DNA of 64,000 nucleotides from Histomonas meleagridis 2922-C6/04-290x (GCA_020184695.1 JAANOX010000108.1:23180-87179); one strand, 5' to 3'. Shown: positions 23,395 to 35,970, counted from the stretch's first letter. Numbers and translations are program-made. The notes: generated from the letters alone by a model not told the origin.

Positions 23395-24612
23395 ATGAAT
23401 AATTTTTGCATTAACATCAATTCCTTTTTGTTCCAAAACATATTTCACAAGTTCAACATATCCTGATTCTGAAGCAAATGGCAAAATATTTTTTGGAGTT
23501 TGGTTATTTTGAAGGAAATATTGAACGAGATATAAATTTCCATTCCTTGCTGATTCATTTATATTATAAGCATTAACATTAATTCCTTTTTCTTCCAAAA
23601 ATGCTAAAATTTCATAATTATCTTTTTTGATACAAAAACTTACTAAATCATTTGTATCTTCAGACATTTTCAATATTGATTGTGTTTTTTCTAAATTATT
23701 TTCATAAAGATATTTAAAAATATCATTTCGATGAAATTCAATTGCTGTTTCATATGCATTATCAAATGATGAATGATTTTGTTCGCATAAATAAATGATT
23801 TCAAGATTTCCACCAGCAACTGCATATTTACCTGTGTTATCTATTTTAGAACCATTCATAAGTAAATATTTAAAACATTTAGTTGACCCAAAAAATGCTG
23901 CATAATCAATTAATGTAACATTATCTTTATTAATGAATGAACATCTTTCATAAAGTGATGGCTCAATTTTCTGGTTAAAATCAAAGTTTGTTTGTGATGA
24001 CATTTCTTGAAGTTTTTCTATTTCATCATTTCGAATTATTTTTGCAATTTCATTTGGATTATGTGCTTCTTTAATTAATTTCTTATGAAGCTCCCATTCA
24101 TTCCTCGAAAGTTCTTCATAATTTTTTTGAATATATTCAGTAAATTTATAATCCCCTAATTCGTTAATTATTTCATTTGGCATGTATTGCACAAAATATC
24201 CTTGAGAAGCAATCGAGTTTTTTATATTTTTAATGATTTTTTTATCAAGTAAATTATCTTCAATCATTTCTGCAAGAAGATAACATGATTCTTGTGTATT
24301 TTTACAAACAAGGAAATGTCCATATATATCAAAAATGTCAATTTCTTTATGAATGTTCATTTCTATTTTTTTGATTTCTTTAAGAAAATCCAAATATAAA
24401 TTAATATCTTTCATTCCCATGATAGCAATTGCATATGTAATCCTAACAATAATTAAATTAAAAGATAATGGAAAAATATTATCAAATTTACTTATGATTG
24501 ATTTTGAAGTTTGAGTAATGTTTTCTTTGTTTAAATTGATTATTAAATTCTTGATATATATTAATTTTTCCAATTCGTTTTCATGGGTTTTGCTTTTTGC
24601 TTGAGATTCCAT
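23362..24612 (-). CDS. DUF3447-ankyrin protein, N-terminal part (probable ATG 24612), continuing into the 21.4-23.4 kb array
   Basis: Intact ORF with NFDFNQKIEPSLYERC, TLIDYAAFFGSTKCFKYL, AVAGGNLEII, first ankyrin ASESGYVELVKYVLEQKGIDVNAK. Confidence 0.88.
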   Translation of the reverse strand: MESQAKSKTHENELEKLIYIKNLIINLNKENITQTSKSIISKFDNIFPLSFNLIIVRITYAIAIMGMKDINLYLDFLKEIKKIEMNIHKEIDIFDIYGHFLVCKNTQESCYLLAEMIEDNLLDKKIIKNIKNSIASQGYFVQYMPNEIINELGDYKFTEYIQKNYEELSRNEWELHKKLIKEAHNPNEIAKIIRNDEIEKLQEMSSQTNFDFNQKIEPSLYERCSFINKDNVTLIDYAAFFGSTKCFKYLLMNGSKIDNTGKYAVAGGNLEIIYLCEQNHSSFDNAYETAIEFHRNDIFKYLYENNLEKTQSILKMSEDTNDLVSFCIKKDNYEILAFLEEKGINVNAYNINESARNGNLYLVQYFLQNNQTPKNILPFASESGYVELVKYVLEQKGIDVNAKIIHSNNLEYVIII

Positions 24613-24756
24613 ACGAAATGCCACTTTTAGTATTAAATACAATATGTAGTTTACATAATCGTTTTCATCTCAAATACAATTCAAAGCTTTGAAACAAACT
24701 GAACACAAATCAAAGTGTTCATTTCAGGAATGAGCAATTTAAAAATCTTTGTTAAA

Positions 24757-25190
24757 TTATTGATTGTGTAAAAATATATTTGAAAATTATTCAAACAAAT
24801 ATCAAAGAAAACAAATAAATATCTTTTGCATTAATATCAATTCCTATAAGATTTAAAACATTTATAACTTGTTGAATGTTTCCTGATATTGCTAAATAAA
24901 TTAATATATTATTTGAAATTTGATTTTCTTAAATAAAAGATATATGTTCCCAATACGTGCTGATTTATTAATTATAGAATCATTGATTTTCATTCCTTCT
25001 TTTACTTAATAAACATTAAAATTTCATAGTCATAATAAAAAACGAAATCAGTGCCTAATTTTTCTATATCACTAATTGCACCAATTTTATTTTCATAAAT
25101 CTATTTGAAAATAAGGTTGTACTGTGTTCTATAAAAATATTCCTATCAGCATTTATAAAAATTCTCAAATTTACCCTATCGGATTTCATG
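24757..25190 (-). pseudogene. Degenerate DUF3447-ankyrin tail fragment with one spacer-like junction
   Basis: IYENKIGAISDIEKLG, KEGMKINDSIINKSARIGNIY, GIDINAKDIY|TTGTTTTC (junction at 24814) with stops and frameshifts. Confidence 0.65.
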
Positions 25191-25566
25191 GAACAAACAC
25201 TATTGTTTATTTGTGAATAACGCGATCAAGTTGAGTGTACTAAGGATGCATATGCATGAGAAGGAGAGGGTCAACAAACCCAAAATGGTCCATGGGAGTT
25301 CTTCTTTTGCTCTGATGTTGCTAATTATTAATAAATTGAAATATTTTCTGTTATACGAATAAATATATTGAAATAAATTTGAAAATAATATGGAATAGAA
25401 TGATGATTTTAAAAAGGAACTTTGAATAATATTTTTTTTTTCAAATGACACAAGATGATATAATCACAAAAGATGTTATATCAGATTACGGTCTCTACAA
25501 GTTTTATTTAAAATTTGCATATAAGGGGTAAATTTTATTATTCAATTTTTTGAAATATATAAATTC

Positions 25567-26394
25567 TCAAAGAAATGTTGCGATGTCCTTATACACTCCT
25601 TCAAATCCACAATAATTTATATCATTGTCTCGTTTGGTAAAGATTGGATGAACAATCAAATCAAAATATTTACCAAGACATTCATCAACTAGTAACTGAC
25701 GAAATATTAATGCAACTCTTGTTGGAGAGTTTCGAAACACCCCACAGCCAAAAGCTCCAAGGACCAAAACTTTACATCTATTTTCAATAGCTCGATGAAT
25801 AATTTTTCGGCATCTCACAAGCATTGTATTATTGACTTCTTCCTGTGTATTTCTCCCTGTGTTGTTTGGAGCTGGAGCGGTGATTATCGAAACTTGATAT
25901 GGATCATCAAGAAATTCTCCATTGTCTTTTCTAAATACCACGACGTTCGGCGAGTATATCATATAGTCGCTGTAAAGATGAGAACCATTGGCTTGGTTGA
26001 ATTGATACATTTTTTGATGAATAATTTGAGTTGAATATAAACATGAACAACGGCATAACATTTCTTCTTGACCCTGGGCGCCGTTAAGAAATCCACCTCC
26101 TGGCTTTCTTCCTGATGCAAAGTTTAAACAAGTAACATTATCTCTATTCTCTTTTCGAATCAGTCGATAGCATGCCTCAAAGGTTGACTCTTTAGTAACC
26201 TGTATAACTCCTGCTCTGTTTGGGCATTGTGGTAATTGCGAAATTTGATCAGGTTCATAGAGAATAGAATTATGAATTGAATATTCAACTTGATCTTTAA
26301 TCATGTGAACTTCTCCGCTTGGTGATGTATAACATCCATTTTTAATTACATTCATTGTTTCTTCTGCTTCAGCTTTAAAGAGATTCCTTTTCAT
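25567..26394 (-). CDS. TIGR02452/DUF2263 microbial-type poly(ADP-ribose) glycohydrolase (macrodomain)
   Basis: LNFASGRKPGGGFLNGAQGQEEMLCRCS (GGG-x6-QEE), YSPNVVVFR, LVLGAFGCGVFRN. Confidence 0.88.
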   Translation of the reverse strand: MKRNLFKAEAEETMNVIKNGCYTSPSGEVHMIKDQVEYSIHNSILYEPDQISQLPQCPNRAGVIQVTKESTFEACYRLIRKENRDNVTCLNFASGRKPGGGFLNGAQGQEEMLCRCSCLYSTQIIHQKMYQFNQANGSHLYSDYMIYSPNVVVFRKDNGEFLDDPYQVSIITAPAPNNTGRNTQEEVNNTMLVRCRKIIHRAIENRCKVLVLGAFGCGVFRNSPTRVALIFRQLLVDECLGKYFDLIVHPIFTKRDNDINYCGFEGVYKDIATFL

Positions 26395-26899
26395 TAAAAA
26401 GTGATGTGAAGAAAATTTTTTTTTGATAATATGTACATATTATGATTTAAATCGTTTAAAAAGTTGAATTTTTGAATTAAAATATTGCCAACGATATTTG
26501 AAGCTCGATGCCCAGCCGAATTGAATGTCAGCATAGGAAGTGGTGGAATTTTGAAAGGTCACGTACGCTAAGGAAACAAATTTTTCGCATACAGCTTTGT
26601 CCTTGATAGATAAAAACCTTCCCTATTCAGCTCCTGCTTTCTCTAATCTATCTTTCTATATCCTTTGTATGATTATGCTTAGTCAACAAATTCCATTTTT
26701 TTTTAAATACCGCAAGAGTAGTTCCGATTCAACACTTTTCAAAAGATTTTTTCAATACAATTTTGTTAATGATATTGCTATTTATTCCAAACATTATGCA
26801 TTTTTGAATTTCTTCTGATAGGTTCCAATATTGGAAGAACGATAAAACTTTTTGTAAGCTATCTTTTTTACTTTTCACTTATGGTTTTGAGCTTACAAT

Positions 26900-27175
26900 A
26901 AATATCCTCCTTTTCAATATCAATTCCTTCTTGTTCAAGAAGGATTTTAGCAATTTCCACTTGGTAATGAGTTGATGCACGCATAAGAGCTGTATAAAAT
27001 AATTTGAATGTTATCCATTTATTATTTATAAATATCAAATTTTAAAAATGTAATTTTTATTTTAAATATAAATATTTTTGTCATTGATATTAATTCCTTT
27101 TTGGGCAAGGAGTAATTGAACTATATCTAATTTACCATTAATTGTTGCAAACATAAGTGCTGTGTTAAATAATAT
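26900..27175 (-). pseudogene. Orphan pair of ankyrin units separated by a 68-nt spacer
   Basis: FNTALMFATINGKLDIVQLLLAQKGININDKNIY | spacer 27000-27067 | FYTALMRASTHYQVEIAKILLEQEGIDIEKEDIY. Confidence 0.8.
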
Positions 27176-27478
27176 ATATTATCACAATAGTATTTAGGTT
27201 TATTCTTATATTCGGATATTTTAGAAAAATATCTAAGTAAACGTTTTAATGCAGCACATGAAGAACAAATAAATCCGACTTATCGAGTTTTCCGTTAATA
27301 ATTTCAATTGAAAGTATTGTATTAAATGTATTCCATTATTGAATATTTAAATATATTTAAATAATGAAATCAATGAATTCTTTAAACTTACTTTCATAAT
27401 ACTTAAAAGATTAATATTCGGAAATCGTTTACATAAATTTAAACAAAATTGTCGCTTTAATGATCAATTGTTTGCTGC

Positions 27479-28021
27479 TCAGATCGTTTTCATGCTAATT
27501 TGATCATCCAGCCAATCCAATCCTTCGTATATGCCATCTCCTGTTTGTGCAGATATTCCTTGAATTTTCCATGGACGATCTTTAATCGAGTTAAGTTGTA
27601 ATATATTCGACATTTCATTTGGCCCTATTGCATTCGGAAGATCTTGCTTACTTGCATATACAAGTAAAACACAATCACGTAATTCATCATTTTTTAAAAG
27701 TAAAAAAAGTTCATCTTTTGCTTCCTCAATTCTTTCACCATCAGCAGAATCTACAACAAAAACAATTCCTTGCGAATTTTGAAAATAATGATTCCAAAGT
27801 TCTCGAATTCTACATGCTCCTTGGAGATCAAAACAATATATATCGGATCCTTTGTATTTAGTAGTTTTAACATTGAACCCAATAGTTGGAATTATTGTTA
27901 TTGCTGAATCTCCAAGTTTAAGTTTGCGCAATATTGTTGTTTTTCCCGCACCAGAAATTCCAAGTAAAAGTATTTTTGTTTCCCTATTTGCGCCAAAAGA
28001 ATTACTAAAGGCAGATCCCAT
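27479..28021 (-). CDS. ADP-ribosylation factor (Arf) family GTPase, divergent
   Basis: MG N-terminus, [21 protein letters not shown] (for DVGGQ), [19 protein letters not shown]. Confidence 0.88.
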   Translation of the reverse strand: MGSAFSNSFGANRETKILLLGISGAGKTTILRKLKLGDSAITIIPTIGFNVKTTKYKGSDIYCFDLQGACRIRELWNHYFQNSQGIVFVVDSADGERIEEAKDELFLLLKNDELRDCVLLVYASKQDLPNAIGPNEMSNILQLNSIKDRPWKIQGISAQTGDGIYEGLDWLDDQISMKTI

Positions 28022-28843
28022 TCAAATGAAAATTGGAAGCCGATACGGTTAACGTTTATTCACGAAATATAAAGCATTTTATTTCATAAGACGCTGTCAA
28101 CCAAATAAACGGTCGTTTTAAAACAAAAAATTAATTTTTTTTCATTTTCCTCTGAATCAAATTTAAAGAAATTAAAAAAAAATTATTATATATAACAAAT
28201 TTAATAAAATTAATTTGGCTAGATTTTGTTATCTTATTTGTTTATGATCAATCTCGAATATTTCAAAATGCTTTTTTGGGCTTTAGGATAAATTACAGAA
28301 GTTAAAATTCAAAATATAAATAGTACCAATAATAGTCAATATAAGTTTATATAAATTTTTTTTAATTTTCATCTTGTTTTCGAGTTATACAAGATTTTCT
28401 ATATCTAATGACCAGTGCAAAAACTCAAAAATCTGTCTTCGCAAATTTTTATAATTTATTTGTTATGGATAATTATTGTAGCAGTTTATTCATTATTAGA
28501 GGCTCTGGACAAAGAAGTAAAATGACTTTTTGAATTGATTATGCGGTTACAAATCCATCAAGATTTGAATGGGTAGTCAAATTTTAATACTTTACCAAAA
28601 AAAAATTGAAAGCAAATCCATCAAACAGAAAATGTCGAGTTCCGAGACGGGTGAGCAATGCTCACAAGAAAAGTCAGAAAATATAGTGATTAGTTACCTA
28701 ATCATAAGCGACAGTAACATTTTCAAAAAATACAAAAATTATCAATTCGATGATAAGATTAAAATTTTTTTTTCCTGCCAACTATTCTTAGTAAAATTAT
28801 TAATTCATCCCAGTTCTACACCATTATAGTCAAAAAATTTGAT

Positions 28844-31180
28844 ATGATTCAATTATATCAAAATTTATCTGCAATTCATCACTTTCTGTTACATCATAAT
28901 TCATTATTAAATGGAAGACCAAATCAAAACAAAAAATGGTCAAATGATGAAATTTTTTGTTTATTATTCAAACTCGTATTAACAATTAACAGATCAAATA
29001 TTAAAATACCGACTAGATCAGAAAATGCATGTAGAACTAAAATTTCTTCGATAATTAATTTAGTGAACAACACATCTTTATTCGAATGTTACCCTATTTC
29101 ATATGAAATTCAAAGTAATTATGATGAGGATAGAGTTGATAATGATGAAACTCAAAGTAATCACGATGAGGATAGAGTTGATAATAATGAAATTCAAGTT
29201 AATGCATATGAAATCGAAAGTATAAAATTTATATACACAGCACACCAGAAAAAAAGAAAGATTAGGGAAAAAGTTCAAAAAAATTGTTAAAGAATAAAAT
29301 GGAATTTATGAGATCTCAGAAAAAAACAAAAAATATTAAACAAAATCCAATAATTAAGTTAGCCTTAAACGACTTTAGTGATAAAAATAAAATACGAAAA
29401 TATGATGATGATTTTGAACATGTAATTCATCAGTGTCGAAATGTTTTAGGACTTGGTCGTCATAAAGTTTATGATGATAGAACAAAAGAGTATTGGATCA
29501 ATGAATATATTTTAGGTTCTAAATCTTTTGGATTTTACCGTAATTCATTTCAAGGTCCATCAATAAATTCAATTAAAAAATGGATAAAGGAATCATTCAT
29601 ACCATCTTTTGAAGAATTTATAAATATTGATAATATAATTAGAATTTATTTATTTTGGAAAAATCTCTATAACATCGACACTACAACTGCAACCCTCTCT
29701 ATTGATGCAATGAAAGTCGATGAGGATTTGATTTTTAATAAAAATGGAAATGTTACAGGTATATTAGAACCAATTGTTTTAAAATATAAACCTGATGACT
29801 ATCGTCGAGACATTAATCTTTATAAAGAATTATGGAAAGAAAACGTAGACAAAAATAATCTTATTGGAGGAATGTTTGTTTTTACAATTTGTCCTCACTC
29901 TGCAACACCATCCTTCCCTATTCATGTATATCTTTCAAATAATGGTGCAGCAGATGATAAAGTTGATAAATAAATAGAAGAAATTTGTATAAAATTGAAA
30001 GCTGTTAATTTAAATATTACAATAATATCAACTGACTCTGATACCCATTATAAAAGCAAATTTGGAGAACAATTCAATGAAATATCAAAAGAATTTACAA
30101 ATAATCCATATTTGGACGAATTTTCAATTCCTACACAAACATATTCGAATGATATGGCCCATTTGTTAAAAAGGGCCAGAAAAAGACTTGTTAAAAAAAA
30201 CAATTTATTTGTATGTAAAAATGATCAAATAAATTTTCAAAAGAAACATCAAAATGTTAATGTAGTTTATATTGATTTAATTAAGAGTTTTGATATTACG
30301 CTTACTGATTGTTTTTTCAAAAATAGTAGTCACGATGCAATGGATGACTTTTATCAGAATGCAATTTTTAATGGAAGAACATTAGAAAATGCTATTCATA
30401 ACAAACATTGGGCTTCAGTTTTATATCTCTTGCCAATGACATGCATGAATAGGATTTTACGAGATAAAACTGTGTGTAGGAGAGAGAGAACAATTTGAAC
30501 ATATGTTGGTTTATTTATCATGTACTTTTATTGGGCAGGATTGAAGTTACAAGGGTCCTTACAAAACAAAGAGTTGAAAAAAGAAAACTTTATTTCTATT
30601 ATCTCAATGAATTTTTGTGTTGATTGTTTTAATGCTTTTTTTGCTGTTTTATTAGGGATTAGGAATATAAAAGACAAATGTAGTTTATCTAGAATAGGAA
30701 CCATTAAATCAGAACATTTTTTTGCACTTCTTAGAAATAAAGCAGGAAATAAGCAAACCATAGAATCCATAAAACGGGCATTTGATCGCATTGTTATTTC
30801 TAGAAAATACAATTGTGAATGAAAGAATTTCAAGAAGAATGTTTGAAACTGGGATATTGGAAGAAGGAAATTTTGTACTTACAAACGAAGAAGTTTGGAA
30901 TTGTAAAGTATTTTCACTGAAGTTATTATATTTATGTGGACAAGTTTTTCCAAGAGAAAGTGCTGCTTATAATCTGTTACAAGATGTTGATAACGAATCT
31001 ATAAACTCAAATTTTAATGAGTGGGATGCTAGTTTAATTGATAGCCTAACTAAAGAAGTGACATTTACTAATGGGAATGCAAATCAAAATTGGATTCTGA
31101 CTGCTTCAAAACACAGATTGACCAATAAAGTTGGAAGAAACATTGCTTCCAGGTATTATACGAAATTAAACAGTAAGTAA
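28844..31180 (+). mobile_element. Decayed P-element/THAP9-like DDE transposase (in-frame stops at 29971 and 30496, frameshifts ~29287 and ~30800)
   Basis: LSIDAMKV, ISTDSD, NDMAHLLKRARKRL, GTIKSEHFFALLR resemble the P/THAP transposase motifs (DxxHLLK; EHFFxxIR); the ORF pieces are collinear. Confidence 0.6.
29105..29197 (+). repeat. 42-bp coding tandem repeat (E(I/T)QSN(Y/H)DEDRVDN(D/N)) x2.2
   Basis: Copies start at 29105, 29147 and 29189. Confidence 0.9.
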
Positions 31181-31835
31181 AACTACTTTTCAATATTTCT
31201 TTAATAATGCTTGTGTGTATAAGCCTCTGGCTTAGCTGTGGCTGATTGATAAATTGTGTTGTTTTGACTTAGACGATCATTTTTAGTTCAAAAAGTGTAT
31301 TGTATTGCATACAAATTTAAATGGAAAGTGACTAAATTCAAAGGAAATGAAATTTTTAGAAAATTATTTTATCTTTATAAAAATTTGTCTGCTGTCCTCA
31401 TATGTTATATATTGGAATGTACTAATATGCATATTACAAATAATTTCAAAATTAAAAATAAATCTATAAAAGGGAAAGTTGGTTGACACTGTCTTGATTT
31501 CATATGATCATAAAATGTATCTCATATTAGAAAAAAAATTACCAACAACGATTTCGTTGTCAAATAAATAGTAATTTTTATGAAAAATAAATATGAAGGG
31601 TATGATGAATGGTGCTCCCGGATTTGAAAGGAATTGAACGTATCGGATTTATCGATTTTGTAAACCATGCAAATAAAACATGTTTTTCAATGCTTATTCA
31701 ATTATTTTCATGTTTGTGAGAAAATATTTGCTCATTCAATTGTGTTCAATATTCGAATTCTTCACTAAGATTGAATGAAGTCTTTACTTTTTGAATACTA
31801 TTAATTCAAATTCCCCACGGTTGTAGGACAGTACC

Positions 31836-32066
31836 GTCGATCATTTGACTGGAGCTCACACACAGCACATTGAGCGTATATGGCGTGAGCTTAAATAGAT
31901 CAACAAAAGGTACGAAGGCATACCAAGATCCATGGTCGCAGTACACCTTGCTGAGTTCATTTTTCGTAGAAATGAACTGCACAAATTTGATGATCCACTT
32001 GCTGCTGCATTGAACCTAATGAGAAACACGGTTTTTTATCCAAACGAAGTAGAATTTTTTGAGTAA
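31836..32066 (+). mobile_element. Merlin/IS1595 (ISXO2-like) transposase C-terminal fragment
   Basis: Frame absent from the ORF track: VDHLTGAHTQHIERIWRELK*INKRYEGIPRSMVAVHLAEFIFRRN, matching the IS1595-type HTQxIExxWxxxK...LxEFxFR signature. Confidence 0.75.
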
Positions 32067-32972
32067 ACATTCAATAATAAATGAAATGATGAATTTAACA
32101 TCTATTGCCTCTTGCAAAATTTCGTTTGTGAAATGGTTCGGACAATATCGGGGCATGGAGGTGATAACGAGAAAATAAACAAAATTATCCGTCGCATCAT
32201 GCGGATTAGTTCTCATTAATATGAATTTATTTTTGGGAAAATATATTTCCAATGACTTATATTTATTAGTGTTGCAAATAACATATCATGACATTTTAAT
32301 TTTTTCACAAAATGAATTCGAGATTATTATATCATTGGCTACGTGTCAAAATATTTTTCTATACGTATTCAAAAAATTGTATCGTATTTTACAACAAAAA
32401 TTATGAATTAAAAATCAAGAATTTTACAAATTATTTTTGATTATAGATATATTATATGACTGACAACGATCTAAAATCCTGTGCGCATGTAATGTGTAAT
32501 GATATGTATACTTATAATTGTTTTTCCCAAATCATCAAAATTACATATATTTATATTTCATCATAACCTGATAACTCAATCATGATAGATGTATGGTGCA
32601 AAATACAATTTATTTATGATAGAATAATTAATATTATTTCATTAATTTTCTAGAAATTAATATATTTTATATATACCTAATTTATTTTTTCGCAAAAAAT
32701 TAAAACGCCGATCATAATCGAGAGCCTATCCAAAACATCCCAATGAGTAGGAAAGTACCGAAGCATTTGTCGAATATATAGAAATGAACAACAGAATAGT
32801 GAGCATCCCATCAGAAGAAGCTTCAAATAATAACCATCTTGATTCTTATGCTTCATTATTCATTTCAGACAAAATGAATCACGAATTAGAAAGTTTAGGA
32901 CTTACAAATCCATCGCCCAAAAATGACGAATGATATGAAACACCAACCAATTTCATTAACTTTTTAAATAAC

Positions 32973-33700
32973 TTGAAAGGAAGAAACATCACTGAATTTA
33001 ATGATTTAAAGACAACAATAAAAGATGAATCAATTAAAAATATTTGCCCATTTACATGTAGCGATTCGAATCTACATCAGAAAAATGTCAATATATATTA
33101 TATGAAATTCGTATGCAGGTTTCATACAAAGAAATTATATGAATATCCTGCGACTTTTACAATTAAAATACGAAAAATATAATTTTTTCGATTAATTATG
33201 AAAACCTTTATCATTGTCATAGTCTCGATAATCTTTTCGTAGAAAGCAAGTTTCCCCTTTTAACTTCAAATCAAAAAGATAAAATGAAAAAAGAAGCAAG
33301 ATTTGGAATGCCTACAAATCTCATTCGCCGTTTAAATCCAACCAATTTTTTTGCCTGGACAATTGTATAATATTATTAGAAATGATAAAAATAAACAATT
33401 TGAAAATGAAATTGAAAATCTTTATCAATATACACAAAAATGTAAGGGAGAATGTGACATTGTTTGGAAAAATGATAAAAATAATAAATTTGATAGTCTA
33501 TTGATGATAAACTCGAGAACAAAATACTTTTCTTATGCAAGAGATATTGTTGCAATAGATGATACTGAATGCATCAATAGATTTCATTATCCTTTTTTAC
33601 CCTTTTATGTATATGATGAGAATAATAAAAAATAATTTTAAAAAACCATTGAGTTTTAACTTCATTTAATATCTGATAATTATGAATTTCTTATTTTTGC
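32973..33700 (+). mobile_element. Decayed Mutator-like (MULE) transposase
   Basis: Zn-finger-like KFVCRFH...CPA-type region and DIVAIDDTECINRFHYPFLPFYVYDEN, resembling the MULE domain start (xDxTyxxNxyxxPL). Confidence 0.6.
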
Positions 33701-34185
33701 ACGAAACTTTGGCAATGAAAAGGATTATAATAGATGAAAATTATTTTTTTAGAATAAATAAAAGTGTTGATTTGCATTAGAAAGTGAGAAACATAAAAAT
33801 TATGATTACATAGAAAAAAAATATTATTTTTAATAAATTGGAAAGCTTTCAGAGTTAAGTTATCCATAATAATGAGGAAAATTGTTTGTCAAATTTTCAC
33901 ATTTGGATGAATTTGTGGGTTCTTGCAATTTTCAGAAGGTATTTCGTTGCTGTTAATTTTAAAATCATAAGATTTTTATATAAATGGGACATAAATAGGA
34001 TTTTCAAAAGCTTCACCACCAACTACCCTTACTAATGAAATTTTCACAACAGTATCAAGACTAAATATAATCATGATATTTATGTATTGGTTTCTTTCAC
34101 CCAAGTTTTGGACTGCCCCAATATTCTACCCCCCCCCCACACACACACCATCTAGTCAAAAAATTAACATTTATAGTGAATTTTA

Positions 34186-35466
34186 ATGGATTCCAAACCA
34201 CTTTCTTTCCAATGCCATCTTAAAAACACAATCAAAGATGTATTTCTTTCTCGTGGCTACACAGAAATACCTTGCCCTGAGGAAGAGGACGAAGAAGAAA
34301 ACTTGGATTGGGATTTCATTTGGGCAAGCAGAGCTTGGATTCATTCAAAAATGAATGGAAATCCTCCGATTATCCTACGACCAAATCAAAGAGTTAACCA
34401 CTTCCAAAATTCATCTGAGTTAACAAGAAAAGATTTAATGTCAAAAAATATTCAGAAATTTAAAAGAGAACTACGCAAAACAGGAAACGATGCTATCCTT
34501 GATTTTTGTCCACTTACATTTGTTTATCCAGCTCAATATCCTTCTTTTTTAGAAGAAATGAAACGCAATCCTTGTCCATGGATTTGCAAACCAGTTGGAG
34601 GATCTCAAGGCCAAGGCATTCAGTTTGTTACCAACGAAACAGAAGCGGTTCAATTCCACCAAAGGGTAACAACACGAATCAAAGCGTGTGAAAGTGTTGA
34701 TGATAAAATTCGACTTACCTATGTTCTTCAACGGTACATACAAAATCCTCTTCTTATTGGCGGGAAGAAATTTGACATCAGGTTGTATGCATTAACGTTA
34801 TCATATCAACCACTTGTTGTTTATGTTTACCGAGGAGGCTTTTGTCGGTTTTCATCCAAGCCCTATACAACAGACAACTTTGCTAATAAGGAAATCCATT
34901 TGACGAATGTTGCTGTCCAAACTCACTCTGACTCATATAACGGTCGCCACGGTTGTAAATGGGACACTTTTTCACTGAGGGCTTACATCGCAAACCGTTA
35001 TGGGCACCAGGCGGCCAACCAAGTGTTCACTAATATCCAAGGGATCATTCTCAACTCGTTATTAGCTGTAGCTCCTAGCGTGATCAGTGATAAGCATTGT
35101 TATGAGCTATATGGTTATGATATTCTAATTGCAGATGATTTGAAACCTTGGCTCATAGAAATTAATGCATCGCCGTCACTCGACGCGAACACTGAGGACG
35201 ATTATGATTTGAAGTTTACTTTGCTAAATGAAATGCTTGATTTGGTACAGATGTTCCAAAGATTGAGCCCCTCTCAAATGCCATATCACTACGGCGGATA
35301 CGACCTGGCATGGAATGGAAACCCAGTAATGACAGTGGCAGAGTCAACAGTAACTTCATTCATCGGATGTATATCACCAATTAAACCTTCTCCAAATAAT
35401 CCATTTAGAACAGACAGTAATTTTCGAGTTAAGAGAGCTCATCCAAGTGAACCTAAGAGCAAATAG
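34186..35466 (+). CDS. Tubulin-tyrosine-ligase-like polyglutamylase (TTLL1/TTLL9-like)
   Basis: VNHFQNSSELTRKD, WICKPVGGSQGQGI, QRYIQNPLLIGGKKFDIRLY, YELYGYDIL, WLIEINASPS. Confidence 0.92.
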   Translation: MDSKPLSFQCHLKNTIKDVFLSRGYTEIPCPEEEDEEENLDWDFIWASRAWIHSKMNGNPPIILRPNQRVNHFQNSSELTRKDLMSKNIQKFKRELRKTGNDAILDFCPLTFVYPAQYPSFLEEMKRNPCPWICKPVGGSQGQGIQFVTNETEAVQFHQRVTTRIKACESVDDKIRLTYVLQRYIQNPLLIGGKKFDIRLYALTLSYQPLVVYVYRGGFCRFSSKPYTTDNFANKEIHLTNVAVQTHSDSYNGRHGCKWDTFSLRAYIANRYGHQAANQVFTNIQGIILNSLLAVAPSVISDKHCYELYGYDILIADDLKPWLIEINASPSLDANTEDDYDLKFTLLNEMLDLVQMFQRLSPSQMPYHYGGYDLAWNGNPVMTVAESTVTSFIGCISPIKPSPNNPFRTDSNFRVKRAHPSEPKSK

Positions 35467-35619
35467 AAATAAATATCATGTATTTAACTTTTTAAGTAAA
35501 AATAGAGTGTATCATTTCAAGACCTTGTTTGGAAATAGCTGTTCTCAGTGTTTTATATGTTAAATTTAAAAAAAAAATGATTTTTATAAAAATGAAAATA
35601 TAAATTTGATATTTGTTTC

Positions 35620-35970
35620 AATTATTTGAAACTGCACTTATTTTAAAGCGTCTAAAAATAACCATATCAAAATAGTTAAAATACTTCTGAATTGCAAATA
35701 TATTAATATTAATTCTAAAAGCGTTTATTTGTTTCATTTAATATTTATTTTAATAATTTTATATCGAAATAATATTTGGAAATTATTTAAATTATTTGAA
35801 ACAGCACTTATTTTAGCATCTAGATGTGGTTTTTTAGAAATAGTTAAATTACTTTCTGAACAATAAGGAATTGATATTAATGCTAAATCTATTTATTTGT
35901 TTTATTTAATATTTATTTTAATAATTTTCTATTTCAAAATAATATTTGGAAATTATTTAAATTATTTAAA
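35620..35970 (+). pseudogene. Orphan degenerate copy of the 170-bp ankyrin+spacer unit (2 units)
   Basis: Spacers 35729-35794 (66 nt) and 35897-35964 (68 nt) are near-identical to the 4.9-6.6 kb spacers; unit FETALILASRCGFLEIVKLLSEQ*GIDINAKSIY has an in-frame TAA. Confidence 0.85.

Noticed and set aside
25200-25451. 83-aa ORF with hydrophobic stretches
   Set aside because: Low-complexity AT-rich composition and no recognisable motif.
28495-31230. AGAGGC/GCCTCT as TIRs of the P-like element
   Set aside because: Only ~6-7 bp match and no TSD.
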